Source of the DNA: Minisyncoccota bacterium
Lineage (GTDB): Bacteria > Patescibacteriota > Minisyncoccia > Phycocordibacterales > UBA6065
Assembly: GCA_036565605.1 (NCBI GenBank)
Contig: DATCXV010000009.1
Location: forward strand, 4,977 to 68,976
Reading direction: 5' to 3'
DNA length: 64,000 nucleotides
Under the pieces are notes generated by a model that saw nothing but the letters and a program-made list of their open reading frames with translations, had not been told where the DNA came from and searched no databases. Position numbers and translations under genes: made by a program. Positions 36,568 to 47,894 of this stretch are shown here, piece after piece (the first letter of the stretch is position 1; every line of letters starts with the position of its first letter).

Positions 36568-38211
36568 CTATGACGTGGCTTCCGGCAATTCCACATAGAA
36601 TTGGCTGCCCTTTCCTTCCCCAGCTGATTCTGCCCAAATTTTACCACCGTGGGCATTCATGATCTCTTTTGCGATGAAAAGGCCCAAACCGGTGCCGTGG
36701 ATGTTTGCTTCCGATGCGCTGGGTGCGCGCGAGAATTTCTGAAAAAGTTTAGGCATGACTTCCGATTTGATGCCAACGCCCGTATCCGCAATCTTAAGGC
36801 ATATCATCTTATGAGCAGTGTCTTTGGTAAGCGAAACTTCGATAGATCCTTGCGGCGTGTATTTGATCGAATTGTCGATAGCGTTCATGATAACTTGCTT
36901 GAATTTATCTGGATCTGCTTTGATCGGATAAGTCTGCGAGGCGTCAACCGAGACCGAGTATGCAAGGCCCTTTGCCCCGATGTTCACCTTTTGTTCGTTC
37001 ATAACATCATTCAACAGATCCTTGAAATCCATCGCGATCAAATTATATTTCATGGTACCCAATTCAATGCGCGAGACGTTCAGATAGTCTTCGACGATCG
37101 ATACCAATGTTTTGGTTGAAGTCTCGATTACTTGGATAATATCGCGGACCGGCTTTGGCACTTCGCCTAAATCTCCTTCCAAAATCATCGACGCATTGCC
37201 GCGGATTGATCCCAACGGACTGCGCAACTGATGTGTTGCGAACGAAACGAATTCGGTTTTTTGTTTGTCGAGCTCTGTGAGGCGTTCGTTTGCTTTTTTC
37301 AGGTCTTCAGCAAGTCTTTCGATCCTTCTACGCTGGTCAAATTCTTTTTTGGCGTCACGCGCAAGCAGTACTCCAAAGGCCAGTGTGACAACAAAGGTCA
37401 CCAAGGTCAGTTTCTGGGCACCAGAATCTTCGATAAAGAAGAATTGCGTACCGACCATGACGATAAGAACATACGAGAGAAGTTGCGTGCCTAAAATACG
37501 TAAATGGAATACGTGCAAATTAGTCACCGCATATATGATCATGAAAAGAAATGCCGGCAGGACAAATAGGCTGTACAAATTGATCTCGTAAATGCCTGTT
37601 TGGCTTGATATATATTCCGTTACAGAAAAGACTGCAAAAAACAAAAGTAGTCCCGCGGCTACTGTCCAGATTTCTACGCGTCGTTGGCGTGCGGTTTTGC
37701 GGGATGCCAGAATGGCCGAGACTAAAATATATATGCAAACAATCCATTCGATCGCCAATTTGTATTGGGTGAGCCATTCACTGTTGAAAGCTTCGCACTG
37801 CGGTTGATTGAAACCAGTTATCGATTTTCCGGTAACAGTGATCCACCATGCAGGAATTGAAAGTGCTAAAAAGGCTATTTTAAGCCATTCTGGCACCTTT
37901 TTTCCATCGTTTACCAGTATGGCAAAGAAATATGCGCCAGCAAGATAGAACACGACATTGATGTAATCAAGAGGTGCCCAGAATGAAGTGACGAGATGAT
38001 AGTCTGATTGTGTCCACAAAACAACATCACCTATAAGCCACAGACAGAAACCTGATACGAAAAGTGCGAAGACTCGTGAAATAAGCGAAAAGCGGGATTT
38101 GAAAAGAACCAAGATAGCCAAGAGCATGGCTATGACCACTGGAACGAGGTGGGAATAATATGCAATGGTGTGATAGTCGACGGTCGTTATGAAGCAGGTG
38201 TTGGGGTTCAT
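36568..38211 (-). CDS. sensor histidine kinase (multi-TM sensor, HisKA + HATPase_c)
   Basis: Eight or more N-terminal TM helices, H-box FVSFATHQLRSPL, and a G-box GTGLGLFIAKEIMNAHGGKI. Confidence 0.85.
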   Translation of the reverse strand: MNPNTCFITTVDYHTIAYYSHLVPVVIAMLLAILVLFKSRFSLISRVFALFVSGFCLWLIGDVVLWTQSDYHLVTSFWAPLDYINVVFYLAGAYFFAILVNDGKKVPEWLKIAFLALSIPAWWITVTGKSITGFNQPQCEAFNSEWLTQYKLAIEWIVCIYILVSAILASRKTARQRRVEIWTVAAGLLLFFAVFSVTEYISSQTGIYEINLYSLFVLPAFLFMIIYAVTNLHVFHLRILGTQLLSYVLIVMVGTQFFFIEDSGAQKLTLVTFVVTLAFGVLLARDAKKEFDQRRRIERLAEDLKKANERLTELDKQKTEFVSFATHQLRSPLGSIRGNASMILEGDLGEVPKPVRDIIQVIETSTKTLVSIVEDYLNVSRIELGTMKYNLIAMDFKDLLNDVMNEQKVNIGAKGLAYSVSVDASQTYPIKADPDKFKQVIMNAIDNSIKYTPQGSIEVSLTKDTAHKMICLKIADTGVGIKSEVMPKLFQKFSRAPSASEANIHGTGLGLFIAKEIMNAHGGKIWAESAGEGKGSQFYVELPEATS

Positions 38212-38226
38212 GGGAAGATATGAAAA

Positions 38227-39036
38227 TTATAGCAGCTTCTTTTTTACATAATCCAAAGAGGTGTGCGGATGGCACATCCAGAACTCCTCTCCTTCTATGT
38301 CGGTTGGCTCGAGGGCGACTATGAGAGGTTTTACACCAGTTGCTTTCATTATCCGTAGAAACGCAGGCAAGAAGATTTCCCGAGTGAAACCCACTTCCTT
38401 CATGTCGAGCATGAAATTCTCGAAGAGAACAGCGTGTTTTACGAAGAGCGATAGGAAATTTTCGTAATAACCTTTTGCGGCCCCGCCTGAAGTTGCAAAC
38501 CAATCGGAAGCATCGTAAAAAACAGCAGTATCAAGTTTCGGGTAAGTATTTTCAAAAAGTTCACGATGAAAGTCGACCAATGGTTGGCCCCAGAGGGTTT
38601 TTACTTCATCGATTTTCTTGCCATTGTACGAATTGAAATCGATGACATTTAGTCTTTCGATCTTCGAACCTCCCTTTTTTCCTTTACCAAAAAAGAAGCT
38701 GAGTTTGCCTAATGCTTTTTTCACATCATTGTTCGAGGTGAATTTATCCTTACGGTATTCCCAGAACAAGGGTTGCAGCCCGCACACTGCGTCAGCGATA
38801 CTTACAAACCTGCGCAATTCATAATTAGGAGTTGTGACCTGGCGGAATAATACAGCCTTAGGTCCGTCAGAAAGTGGTTCTGGGATGCGTATCGCGACAG
38901 AGTCCCGCATTCGAGCACCCAGTGATTCGTCGGCGTTACGGGAACGAAGTTCCTCGATTGCCTTATCGAGCGGTGTATAAATGAAAGCGTTAAACGCCTC
39001 TCTGTCCGAGATGAGTTTTTCGATATCTATATCCAT
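38227..39036 (-). CDS. hypothetical protein (269 aa)
   Basis: ORF with ATG start immediately upstream of the histidine kinase; no recognisable domain. Confidence 0.5.
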   Translation of the reverse strand: MDIDIEKLISDREAFNAFIYTPLDKAIEELRSRNADESLGARMRDSVAIRIPEPLSDGPKAVLFRQVTTPNYELRRFVSIADAVCGLQPLFWEYRKDKFTSNNDVKKALGKLSFFFGKGKKGGSKIERLNVIDFNSYNGKKIDEVKTLWGQPLVDFHRELFENTYPKLDTAVFYDASDWFATSGGAAKGYYENFLSLFVKHAVLFENFMLDMKEVGFTREIFLPAFLRIMKATGVKPLIVALEPTDIEGEEFWMCHPHTSLDYVKKKLL

Positions 39037-39037
39037 T

Positions 39038-39364
39038 TTAGTTGCTGCAGGTATCGTCCGATGATTCTCCGCACGCTATTTCTGTGCACTGGATTTCGCC
39101 TGATTCACATTGCGCGAGGCATGTATCATCTGTGCACTTTGAAAAATCTGCCGCGTTTATAGAAAAGACTCGATAATTAGAGAGGTTGTTTGGCGGACAT
39201 TCATCAGTGTTTTCGCAATCTCGAACGAAACATGTCTGTGATGCTTCATCGCAAGGTGCTTCGACCAAAAAGTCATACGACTTATTTTTGTAGAATGTCG
39301 AATAGGAGTACCAGAAGACTGTAAGAACCATAGCGGCAAAAACTGTAAAAAGTATTTTGTTCAT
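39038..39364 (-). CDS. cysteine-rich small secreted protein
   Basis: Start at MNKILFTVFAAMVLTVFWY (signal/TM); this ATG overlaps the EamA stop (ATGA). 13 Cys in about 108 aa (CDEASQTCFVRDCENTDECP..CTDDTCLAQCESGEIQCTEIACGESSDDTC). Confidence 0.5.
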   Translation of the reverse strand: MNKILFTVFAAMVLTVFWYSYSTFYKNKSYDFLVEAPCDEASQTCFVRDCENTDECPPNNLSNYRVFSINAADFSKCTDDTCLAQCESGEIQCTEIACGESSDDTCSN

Positions 39365-40332
39365 ACGTTGTAAATCATATAAATACCAACACCCATGATG
39401 GCGATGCACAAGAGTTTTTGTGCCAGATGGCCGCGTGCAATTTTTTCAGTGAGTATATGTGGAAAGTACAGTGAAAGTACAAGTCCAAGCGTAAACACGA
39501 AAAGTGGCTGGAACGAATAGTTAACAAGCAGCACGAGCGATATTGGAGCCAGAAGCATTGCGAAATAGTTGATGGCATTAGCGATTACCAAAAGAAGCTC
39601 GGTCGCGATGTTTATGCCAAGGATGGATTTGTGTTTGGTTAAGATGATCCGCAAAGCATCTTCTCTGTAGCGGCGAACACAGAGGAAAAAAGCAAGACCA
39701 AAGGCCGCAACGCCAATTTGATTCCAAAAAAATGATGATATGAACGAAGTGTCTGCTCCGATTTTCTTGAAAAGCGTGTCACTTATGGCGAAGCACAAGC
39801 TGGATAAGGTCATTAATAGGACCGGCCGAAATTTAGGTCGGAAATCTCGTTCAAATTCAAGCGAGAGTACTGCCGCCCCTGCAATTATGATAATACCCCC
39901 AAGGATCTGCTGTCGCGATAGTATTTCTCCGAGAAAAAAGTACCCGAGAATGTAAGCAAAAACTGGTGAAAGCTGCCAGAACGGTACGACATACGACGGA
40001 TCGTCTTTTTCGAGCGCTTTCATGGCGAAGAAATTTCCGAGTGTTATAGCAACACCCGAAAGCGCAAGTATGATCCGGTCTCCGGATGGTACTGTAAACA
40101 GAGTGTGGTCAAAGAAAAGAATTACCGGCAAAAAGAGAACCGGAAAAAGAGATGAGAATGTGATAAGCCCACCCACCCCGCTGATCGAAGGGAATTTCGA
40201 TACAAGGTATTTATCTGCGTGATTAAGGAAGCTCCAAATAAGCGGAGCGGTGGCTGCAAGGATAAACCAGACCATATTCAGATCATAGCACATCCAAAGT
40301 CCGTATTGTCCAGCAAATAAAAAGCGCCGCAT
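39361..40332 (-). CDS. EamA/DMT-family transporter
   Basis: Ten TM helices with duplicated EamA-like halves. Confidence 0.8.
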   Translation of the reverse strand: MRRFLFAGQYGLWMCYDLNMVWFILAATAPLIWSFLNHADKYLVSKFPSISGVGGLITFSSLFPVLFLPVILFFDHTLFTVPSGDRIILALSGVAITLGNFFAMKALEKDDPSYVVPFWQLSPVFAYILGYFFLGEILSRQQILGGIIIIAGAAVLSLEFERDFRPKFRPVLLMTLSSLCFAISDTLFKKIGADTSFISSFFWNQIGVAAFGLAFFLCVRRYREDALRIILTKHKSILGINIATELLLVIANAINYFAMLLAPISLVLLVNYSFQPLFVFTLGLVLSLYFPHILTEKIARGHLAQKLLCIAIMGVGIYMIYNV

Positions 40333-40350
40333 TTCTGCGGCGCCTCGATA

Positions 40351-42144
40351 TCACGAATTCTTTTCTCTTTGCGGCGGAGTAAAAAATTCGCGACATATTT
40401 TTCCTTCCAGGAAGTCAGAGTACGCGTCGATGTTCAATAGTTTCTTATGCGTTCCTTCCGCGACCACCTTTCCTCCTGAAAGGAAGATGAGGTGATCAGA
40501 GGTAAGGATGCTTGGCGACTTATGGGCGATCATCACGCATGTAGCGTTCTGCTCGGCTATATATCGCCGCAAAGCCTCGTTCACTTTCCTGTCGTTCTCG
40601 GGGTCAAGGCCGCTCGTTGGTTCGTCCAAAAGAAGCAATCTCGCGTTCCGGTGCCTTACTTGTGCCATTGCTATGCGTTGCGCTTGGCCTCCAGAGAGAC
40701 CAAAGTCGTCACCTGACAGAATGGCATTATAGCCCTCGGGACCGAACCGATCCTTGAACTCGCTCACATTCATCTGATCCATGACGTGCTCGAACATTTC
40801 AGGTGTGACTTTGCTTGCACTGCCATTAAGGCCGAACAAGACATTGTCTCGTACTGAAACATCATTCCATAAATGAAGGTACGGATTTTGCCATACTACC
40901 CCCGTATGCGCTTGCCATTGGCGCTGATCGATATCGCGCAGACGTGTGTTTCCGACATAGATATCGCCTCGTTCCGGAACATACATGCCCATTAACAGTC
41001 GAAGGCATGTAGATTTACCTGAACCAGATGATCCGATGATGCCTGTCATTTTTCCGTACGGAATCCTGAAGGTGCAATCCTGCAGATCCCACTTGATGCC
41101 TTCCTGGTAATAACGGAACCACACATGCTCGAAGCGAATATCGCCATCGGGCACTGGACGGTTCTGAATCTCCAGTCGGCTCGGCTCTGGCTCTGGTTTT
41201 GTAGAAAGCATACCGAAGTACTTTTCTACCTGCTCATCATTTTTATGGGAGAGCTCTGAATGGATCGTGTTGAAGCTTGCCATGGTCTCGAAGATCGAGA
41301 GGACAAGCCACATCACCACCACGAACGACACAGCGTTGAACGAGCTGTATGCCGAAAGAATGGCACACAGCCCGACAACTGCTATCTGTCCGAGGCCAGG
41401 TATGCTCTCGTGAGAGAGTTCTGCTTTCACTTGTTTGCGAGCCAGACGGATACCTTCGATACACGCCTTGTCGATACGCTGTGCATACTTTGCAATAAGC
41501 GACTCTTCGACGCCATTAAGGCGTGTTATCGTCACTTTCTGTATCATTTCCCTGAACTTGGCGGTTATTTTAATGCACTCTGTATTGTGTTCGGACATCT
41601 CGAGCGATGTCGTCTGTGCGCTTCGATGCCATACATACAGGTATGTAACCGAAAGCATTGTAATGACGACGGCCGAACGCCATTCGACAACCGCCAAAAC
41701 CGTGATCAGGACTACGGCTTTTACGAGAAGCGGAATTGCTTCTCTGAAAACCGTATCCATGAACGCGTTGATGGCTGTCTCGCCTTCCGAAAGCACTGTC
41801 GCAATATAGCCGCTATCGAGGCCCACAAGATCTTGGATCGGAAATGTGTGAACTTTCTCTGCCGCAAACAAAAGTATGCGAACTTGTGGCCCATACGCGA
41901 CGCGTGTTTTGAACACGATCTTCTGGGCCCAATGTGTAAAGGCCTGATAGAAGATCGCGATGCAAAGCAGTGCTGCGTATCCGCTGTCGATCGAACCTCC
42001 CTTCAACATGTTGGCAATAAAGTACCACTGCACCAGGGGCGCAGTGGTACTCAGACAATTAAGGATGCAATAGAAGACCATGTAGCCGCGATACGGCTTC
42101 ACAAGTCCCCACACCTGACGGATTCGAGTGAGGTAAGCTTTCAC
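40351..42144 (-). CDS. ABC exporter, fused permease/ATPase
   Basis: Walker A GSSGSGKST, signature LSGGQAQR, Walker B LLLLDEPTSGLD. Confidence 0.85.
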   Translation of the reverse strand: MKAYLTRIRQVWGLVKPYRGYMVFYCILNCLSTTAPLVQWYFIANMLKGGSIDSGYAALLCIAIFYQAFTHWAQKIVFKTRVAYGPQVRILLFAAEKVHTFPIQDLVGLDSGYIATVLSEGETAINAFMDTVFREAIPLLVKAVVLITVLAVVEWRSAVVITMLSVTYLYVWHRSAQTTSLEMSEHNTECIKITAKFREMIQKVTITRLNGVEESLIAKYAQRIDKACIEGIRLARKQVKAELSHESIPGLGQIAVVGLCAILSAYSSFNAVSFVVVMWLVLSIFETMASFNTIHSELSHKNDEQVEKYFGMLSTKPEPEPSRLEIQNRPVPDGDIRFEHVWFRYYQEGIKWDLQDCTFRIPYGKMTGIIGSSGSGKSTCLRLLMGMYVPERGDIYVGNTRLRDIDQRQWQAHTGVVWQNPYLHLWNDVSVRDNVLFGLNGSASKVTPEMFEHVMDQMNVSEFKDRFGPEGYNAILSGDDFGLSGGQAQRIAMAQVRHRNARLLLLDEPTSGLDPENDRKVNEALRRYIAEQNATCVMIAHKSPSILTSDHLIFLSGGKVVAEGTHKKLLNIDAYSDFLEGKICREFFTPPQREKNS

Positions 42145-42271
42145 GAACCGGACCTTTCGTTGGATTGTTGAGTTGAGCTGACGTTAGAACTAAAAAGACC
42201 AAAGTGCCAAAAGGGCTCTTTCTAGCCTTATTACGCCGCTTGGTGTCGCTTTGTTCGATACACTTTAGTAA

Positions 42272-42300
42272 AGTAGAAAAAAGAGCCTCCGAAGAGGCTC
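42272..42300 (-). terminator. rho-independent terminator
   Basis: Minus-strand agagcctcttcggaggctct + tttttc, just 3' of the ABC gene that ends at 42307. Confidence 0.6.
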
Positions 42301-42306
42301 TTTGAA

Positions 42307-44205
42307 TCAACTGAACATACTTACTTCCCGTGTTACCAATGTTCGGTATTCCACGCAGGACCTCATCAGTTCTTCGTGGTTACCGATACCGGCGATGCCT
42401 CCTTGTCGGAACACGATGATTTGATCGGCATGACGGATAGTCGACAGGCGGTGTGCAATGATAATACTGGTTCTGCCTGCCATTGCATCCCGCATAGCCT
42501 GATGGACCAGCGCCTCATTCTCCGGATCCAAAGCATTTGTTGCTTCGTCCAGAATGATAAGGCTCGGCTCCCTCATGAGCGCTCGCCCAATGGCGATGCG
42601 TTGGCGCTGTCCGCCAGAGAGTTGAACGCCGTTTTCACCGATTAAGGTGTCGAAGCGTTTTGATCCCAGACGCGGATAGAACTCGTCGATGCGCGCGATC
42701 TTAGCGATCCGGTCCAAGTCCTCGTCAGTTACAAACTGCGCAGAGCCGTTAAGGCCATACGTCAGATTGTAGCGAACAGTCTCGTCCCAGAGTTTTGGAT
42801 CTTGCTCGACCGTTCCCACTGACTTTCGCCAATGGTGAAGATCAAGCAGCTTCAAATCGTTTCCATCAATAAGGATTTGGCCTTCATCGGGATCGTATCC
42901 ACGCAAGGTCAGTCCAATTACGGTCGACTTGCCGGAACCGGAAGGTCCCACAAGAGCGCAGGTTGAGCCGGCTTTGATTCTAAACGAGAGGTTATTGACC
43001 GCGATCGGTCGCTCACCCTCTTCTTCTGCCGATTCGTCCTCTTCGTCGTCATCGTGCTTGCTCACGAACTGATGTTCGGGATAGCGAAATGACACGTTAC
43101 GGAACTCGATCTCGCCTCGGAAGGCTTTTGGCCGAATGGGATTCTCGACAACACTGATTGCTGGGGGCATATCGACAAGATCGAAATACCGTCCAATCAG
43201 TACATTATTCTTGGAGATTTGCCGTTGGAGCGAACCGACCATCGACAACGCACTGAAAGCGTGAGATGCCCATCCAAAAGCGATAACAATCGCACCGGCC
43301 GATACCTTGCCCTGAGAAGCCAGATAGATGCCGACGAATGTTATACCGATCTGACCCAAGTGAGAAAACGGTTCGCGAAAAACATGAATCAAACCAACAT
43401 AGCGCACCCAGAGGGCGCGACCAAAGTCGTTGCATTCCTTTTCCTGCGCAGCAAATTCCCGCTTGAGACGCTCTTCTTGCCCACACACCATAACGAGACG
43501 CAGATTTTTGATCCGCTCCCAATATGTTGTGCCAAGCTTGTTCTCCATCTTGGCGTGCCGTTTGATATCCGGCAACAGCCTCTTGTTGATGAGGTAGCTT
43601 GATGTGACATAGAAGATGACCGACGTGATTGCAACCAGTCCCATTAAGGGACTGATATAGACCAACGCGATCGCAGCGACCACTACACGCAAGAGAGCTG
43701 ACACAACTTGTGTAAGGAGGAGATCGACCATTTGTGACAAGGCGACTTCTCCCTTTTTGATCACATCATGCTTGAAGCCTGAATTCTGATTGGTAATCTG
43801 GCCGATCGAAAGACGGCTGATTCCCGTAAGAGTCGTGTCAGATGCGACTTCTCCATTATCGTAAGCAACCTTTTTCAGGTATTGCTTGTCGAGAAAGAAG
43901 TAGATCACACCGCGAATTTCCATGGCCACGAAGGTTGCTGCGATAAGCCACATCTGCTTTGAAAGCGGATGATGGTTCACAACTCCATCGATGATGAAGC
44001 CGTTCAAGAACGGCACCACAAGTGCTGCCGCCTGGCTTATCGAATCCCAAATCATGGCATTTCGTAACGACGGATGAAGAGGCCGATAGACCTCGCGAAT
44101 CCGCCGTAGGCGGTTCTTGGTACTTATCTTCACTGAGTACTCCTTTGGTTGGGGGTTGAGTTGAAAAGAACTATTCTGAAAATAAACACACCGTGCTTGT
44201 CGCAC
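42307..44205 (-). CDS. ABC exporter, fused permease/ATPase (partner of 40351-42144)
   Basis: Walker A GPSGSGKST, signature LSGGQRQR, Walker B LIILDEATNALD, and an acidic insert DDDEEDESAEEEGE. Confidence 0.85.
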   Translation of the reverse strand: MRQARCVYFQNSSFQLNPQPKEYSVKISTKNRLRRIREVYRPLHPSLRNAMIWDSISQAAALVVPFLNGFIIDGVVNHHPLSKQMWLIAATFVAMEIRGVIYFFLDKQYLKKVAYDNGEVASDTTLTGISRLSIGQITNQNSGFKHDVIKKGEVALSQMVDLLLTQVVSALLRVVVAAIALVYISPLMGLVAITSVIFYVTSSYLINKRLLPDIKRHAKMENKLGTTYWERIKNLRLVMVCGQEERLKREFAAQEKECNDFGRALWVRYVGLIHVFREPFSHLGQIGITFVGIYLASQGKVSAGAIVIAFGWASHAFSALSMVGSLQRQISKNNVLIGRYFDLVDMPPAISVVENPIRPKAFRGEIEFRNVSFRYPEHQFVSKHDDDEEDESAEEEGERPIAVNNLSFRIKAGSTCALVGPSGSGKSTVIGLTLRGYDPDEGQILIDGNDLKLLDLHHWRKSVGTVEQDPKLWDETVRYNLTYGLNGSAQFVTDEDLDRIAKIARIDEFYPRLGSKRFDTLIGENGVQLSGGQRQRIAIGRALMREPSLIILDEATNALDPENEALVHQAMRDAMAGRTSIIIAHRLSTIRHADQIIVFRQGGIAGIGNHEELMRSCVEYRTLVTREVSMFS

Positions 44206-44381
44206 GGTGTGTCAAATACTCGATGAGGATCAAGTGCTTACGACACCATGCGACAACGGCAAACTGCAGGCGCGACAAAATGCGCGTTCGGAGTTCCTTT
44301 GCGGTTGTGCATATACAAAATCATGTACGAATATCTTAACACAAATACACCACGGATGCAAGCGGCGTCCGATGTGCAGAT

Positions 44382-45494
44382 CTATATCCCCTCTTTCTTA
44401 AGGCTCTCTACAGCCTTCTTTGCTTCCTTGGATAGTCTTTTTGGCATCGTTACGTGAACGACGACCAACGCATCGCCGCGGCCGCGGCTTGTGGGAACTC
44501 CCTTGCTGCGTACACGCAGGATTTCGCCTTCGGCAGTACCTTCTGGAATCTTCAATTCGATATCTCCGTCCAGCGTCTTAAGCGGATAGGTCATGCCCAA
44601 AAGCGCGTCGGACAATTTGATATCCACTTCGCAGACCAGATTCGTACCCTCTTTGCGCCACAGCGAGTGCTTTTTGACGTGTATGCGGATGTACAGGTCC
44701 CCCGGTTCGCCGCCGGAAATCGCTTCACCTGCCTTTGACAGACGGATCATTTCGCCGTCGTCGAGTCCAGCCGGGATCTTTACTTTGATCTCTTGATTGC
44801 GCTTGCGGACGCCGGCACCCTTGCAGACTGGACATTTTTCTTCCGGTTCGCTGCCTTTGCCGTGACAAGTTGGACACGTGGTCGTTGCTTGGAACGAGCC
44901 CAAGATCGAGCGCTTCACTTCTGTTACGCGGCCTGAGCCGGAACAGGTGTGGCACGTCTTCATTTTCGAACCTGGTTTTGCGCCCGAGCCGGCACAGTTT
45001 TCGCAGGCCGACATTTTGTTAAGGACGATCGATTTTTCGACACCAAAGATCGATTCCTCGAATGTTATATCAACGTCAACTTGAATGTCAGAACCTTTGA
45101 CCGGCCTTTGCGAACGACCGCCGCCGAACATCGAACCAAAGATGTCGCCGAGGTCGAATTCAACGCCACCGTTCTGTCCGAAGCCTGCGTTTTGGAAACC
45201 TGAAAAGTCGAAGCCGAAGTCGTTCGGATTGAAGCCTGCGCCACCAAAGCCACTGCCTCCCATACCTGGCCCCGCTGAACCGAATTGGTCGTATTGGGAG
45301 CGCTTCTTCTCGTCTGAAAGCACCGAATACGCCTCGTTTACTTCTTTGAATTTGTCGGCATCACCGCCGGATTTATCCGGATGATACTGATGCGCGAGCT
45401 TCCTGAACGCCTTTTTGATGTCGTCTTGCGACGCGTTCTTTTCGACGCCGAGGGTCTTGTAATAATCTTTTGACATTATTTTCTGGAGAAACAA
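44382..45494 (-). CDS. dnaJ: chaperone DnaJ
   Basis: J-domain (YHPDK), G/F region, and four CxxCxGxG zinc-finger repeats. Confidence 0.92.
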   Translation of the reverse strand: MFLQKIMSKDYYKTLGVEKNASQDDIKKAFRKLAHQYHPDKSGGDADKFKEVNEAYSVLSDEKKRSQYDQFGSAGPGMGGSGFGGAGFNPNDFGFDFSGFQNAGFGQNGGVEFDLGDIFGSMFGGGRSQRPVKGSDIQVDVDITFEESIFGVEKSIVLNKMSACENCAGSGAKPGSKMKTCHTCSGSGRVTEVKRSILGSFQATTTCPTCHGKGSEPEEKCPVCKGAGVRKRNQEIKVKIPAGLDDGEMIRLSKAGEAISGGEPGDLYIRIHVKKHSLWRKEGTNLVCEVDIKLSDALLGMTYPLKTLDGDIELKIPEGTAEGEILRVRSKGVPTSRGRGDALVVVHVTMPKRLSKEAKKAVESLKKEGI

Positions 45495-45581
45495 ACTTGC
45501 TTAGTCCGTAAACTCAAGCAGACACCCTCTTCCCCACGACCCCATGGTCATGAGGAATGGCTGTCTGCTTTTTATTTCAAC

Positions 45582-47522
45582 TTACTTCTTTTCCGTGTAC
45601 TCAGCGTCCTTCACACCATCCTTACCGTCATCTTTCTTCTGATCACCTCCCTGCTGACTCTGACTGTTCTGGCCAGCCGCCTGCTGTGCTTTCATCATGG
45701 CTTCGCCAATCTTCTGCATCGATGTAGATAGTGCTTCGGAAGCTTTCTTGATCGCTTCAACATCTGTGCCTTCCTTGGCTTTCTTCAGATCCGCGATCTT
45801 GGCTTCGACGTCGGACTTCACATCGGCAGGAACTTTGTCTCCGCCGTCTTTAAGGGACTTTTCAGCAGTATAAATCATTTGCTCTGCAATGTTACGAGTC
45901 TCGACTTCGGACTTTTTCTTTTCGTCTTCAGCAGCGTTCATTTCCGCATCCTTCTTCATGCGTTCGATGTCTTCCTTGGATAGGCCTGACGAACCTTGGA
46001 TCTTGATCGACTGCTCTTTACCGGTCGATTTCTCCTTGGCCTTGACGTTCAAGATGCCGTTTGCGTCGATATCGAAGGTCACTTCGACCTGTGGGACGCC
46101 ACGTGGAGCTGGCGGAATGCCGTCGAGGATGAACTTACCCAGCGATTTGTTGTCTTTCGCCATCGCACGGTCTCCTTGGACGACGTGGATCTCTACCGAA
46201 GTTTGATTATCTGCCGCGGTCGAGAACACCTGTGATCGCGAGGCTGGGATCGTGGTGTTCTTCTCGATCAACTTCGTCGCCACGCCACCCATGGTTTCGA
46301 TGCCAAAGGAAAGTGGAATAACATCGAGAAGGAGCACGTCTTTGACATCACCCTTCAAAACGCCACCCTGAATAGCTGCGCCCAAAGCGACCACTTCATC
46401 CGGGTTCACGCCCATGTGCGGCTTCTTTTTGAAGTAGTCTTCGACAGCTTTCTGCATGGCGGGCATGCGGGTCTGGCCGCCGACCAGGATCACTTCGTTG
46501 ATGTCGCCCAAGTTGAACGGAGACGCTTCCATGGCACGCTTAGTGATCATCATGGCGCGGTCAATGAATTCAGCACAAAGCTCTTCAAGCTTTGCACGAG
46601 TCATTTTTTTAACCAAGTGAAGTGGACCGTCCGAACCGACCGAGATGAACGGAATATTGATCTCGGTTTCGACGGCGGTTGAAAGCTCGATCTTTGCCTT
46701 TTCGGCCGCATCGTCGAGGCGCTGTTTTGCAAGTGTGTCTTTGCGCAGGTCTACGCCGTTCTCCTTCTGAAACTCTTCAGCAAGCCAGTTGATAATTTTC
46801 TGGTCGATGTCTTTGCCGCCCAGGTGCGCGTCACCGTCGGTCGATTTCACTTCGATGACGTCGTCGCCTACTTCCAGAACGGAAATATCGAAGGTACCAC
46901 CACCAAAGTCGAAGACGACGATCTTCTCGTCTTTCTTTTTGTTGAAGCCGTATGCAAGAGCAGCGGCGGTCGGTTCATTAATGATGCGCTTTACATCAAG
47001 ACCTGCGATCTTGCCGGCGTCTTTGGTTGCCTGACGCTGCGAGTCGTTGAAATATGCAGGCACCGTAATGACCGCTTCGGTCACCGGTTCGCCCAGGCGT
47101 GCCTCGGCATCCGCCTTCAATTTGGCCAAGATCATGGCCGACATTTCTTCTGGGCGGTACCACTTGTCACCCATCTTTACTTCAATGCCGCCATTTTCGG
47201 ACTTGCGCGATTCGAATGGAACCGACGCGACGTCCTTCTGTACTCCTGGTTCGTCCCACGAGTGGCCGATGAAGCGCTTGATCTGATAAACCGTGTTCTT
47301 CGGGTTTGTCACTGACTGGCGCTTGGCGATTACGCCAACGACACGCTCCTTGGTTTTGGTTTCCGCGACGATTGACGGCGTCGTGCGCATGCCTTCGGCA
47401 TTTTCAAGAATCTTGGCCTCACCTCCTTCCATAACTGCAACGGCCGAGTTCGTGGTACCAAGATCGATACCAATTATTTTAGACATAGTTTGTGAGCTTA
47501 ACGTTCGGTAATAGAAAAGCAC
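45582..47522 (-). CDS. dnaK: chaperone DnaK (Hsp70)
   Basis: [33 protein letters not shown]; likely start at [10 protein letters not shown] (about 47486). Confidence 0.95.
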   Translation of the reverse strand: MLFYYRTLSSQTMSKIIGIDLGTTNSAVAVMEGGEAKILENAEGMRTTPSIVAETKTKERVVGVIAKRQSVTNPKNTVYQIKRFIGHSWDEPGVQKDVASVPFESRKSENGGIEVKMGDKWYRPEEMSAMILAKLKADAEARLGEPVTEAVITVPAYFNDSQRQATKDAGKIAGLDVKRIINEPTAAALAYGFNKKKDEKIVVFDFGGGTFDISVLEVGDDVIEVKSTDGDAHLGGKDIDQKIINWLAEEFQKENGVDLRKDTLAKQRLDDAAEKAKIELSTAVETEINIPFISVGSDGPLHLVKKMTRAKLEELCAEFIDRAMMITKRAMEASPFNLGDINEVILVGGQTRMPAMQKAVEDYFKKKPHMGVNPDEVVALGAAIQGGVLKGDVKDVLLLDVIPLSFGIETMGGVATKLIEKNTTIPASRSQVFSTAADNQTSVEIHVVQGDRAMAKDNKSLGKFILDGIPPAPRGVPQVEVTFDIDANGILNVKAKEKSTGKEQSIKIQGSSGLSKEDIERMKKDAEMNAAEDEKKKSEVETRNIAEQMIYTAEKSLKDGGDKVPADVKSDVEAKIADLKKAKEGTDVEAIKKASEALSTSMQKIGEAMMKAQQAAGQNSQSQQGGDQKKDDGKDGVKDAEYTEKK

Positions 47523-47543
47523 GGCGAAATGCCGTACAAGGCG

Positions 47544-47894
47544 TTAAGCAATTGCAGGCGCGCGCGGAGGTTGGTTTACGAGAAAGACCAGGGTGTATAC
47601 AAAGGGCGCGACATAAGTCTGAAATACAGCCTTAGCAGCCAATAATGGCGCGCGCGTAAAGGCAGCTGGAAGGGTCAAAACGGCATCTTCCTTGGCCATC
47701 TGCGCAGGTGCCGTCTTAGTACCGAGGAAGCGCACTTCCACCGCTCCACCCATGTTTATGAGAGCAAAGAAAGCAAAAACCGATTCTCCGTTTCCGAGAA
47801 CCACTTCTTTGCTGACTATGTGAACTTTGGGTTGCTGGATGAGCATCGCTTGATAGTACGTATGATATCCGATCTTACTTTCCTTCCACAACAA
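47544..47894 (-). CDS. hypothetical ORF between grpE and dnaK
   Basis: 116-aa ORF overlapping the grpE 3' end by 20 nt (or starting at internal ATG about 47846); no motif; may be spurious. Confidence 0.3.
   Translation of the reverse strand: MLWKESKIGYHTYYQAMLIQQPKVHIVSKEVVLGNGESVFAFFALINMGGAVEVRFLGTKTAPAQMAKEDAVLTLPAAFTRAPLLAAKAVFQTYVAPFVYTLVFLVNQPPRAPAIA

Noticed and set aside
41260-42171. 303-aa + strand ORF rich in Cys/His/Arg
   Set aside because: Entirely antisense to the ABC exporter gene 40351-42144, which has clear Walker and signature motifs. This is a typical shadow ORF in a GC-balanced gene.
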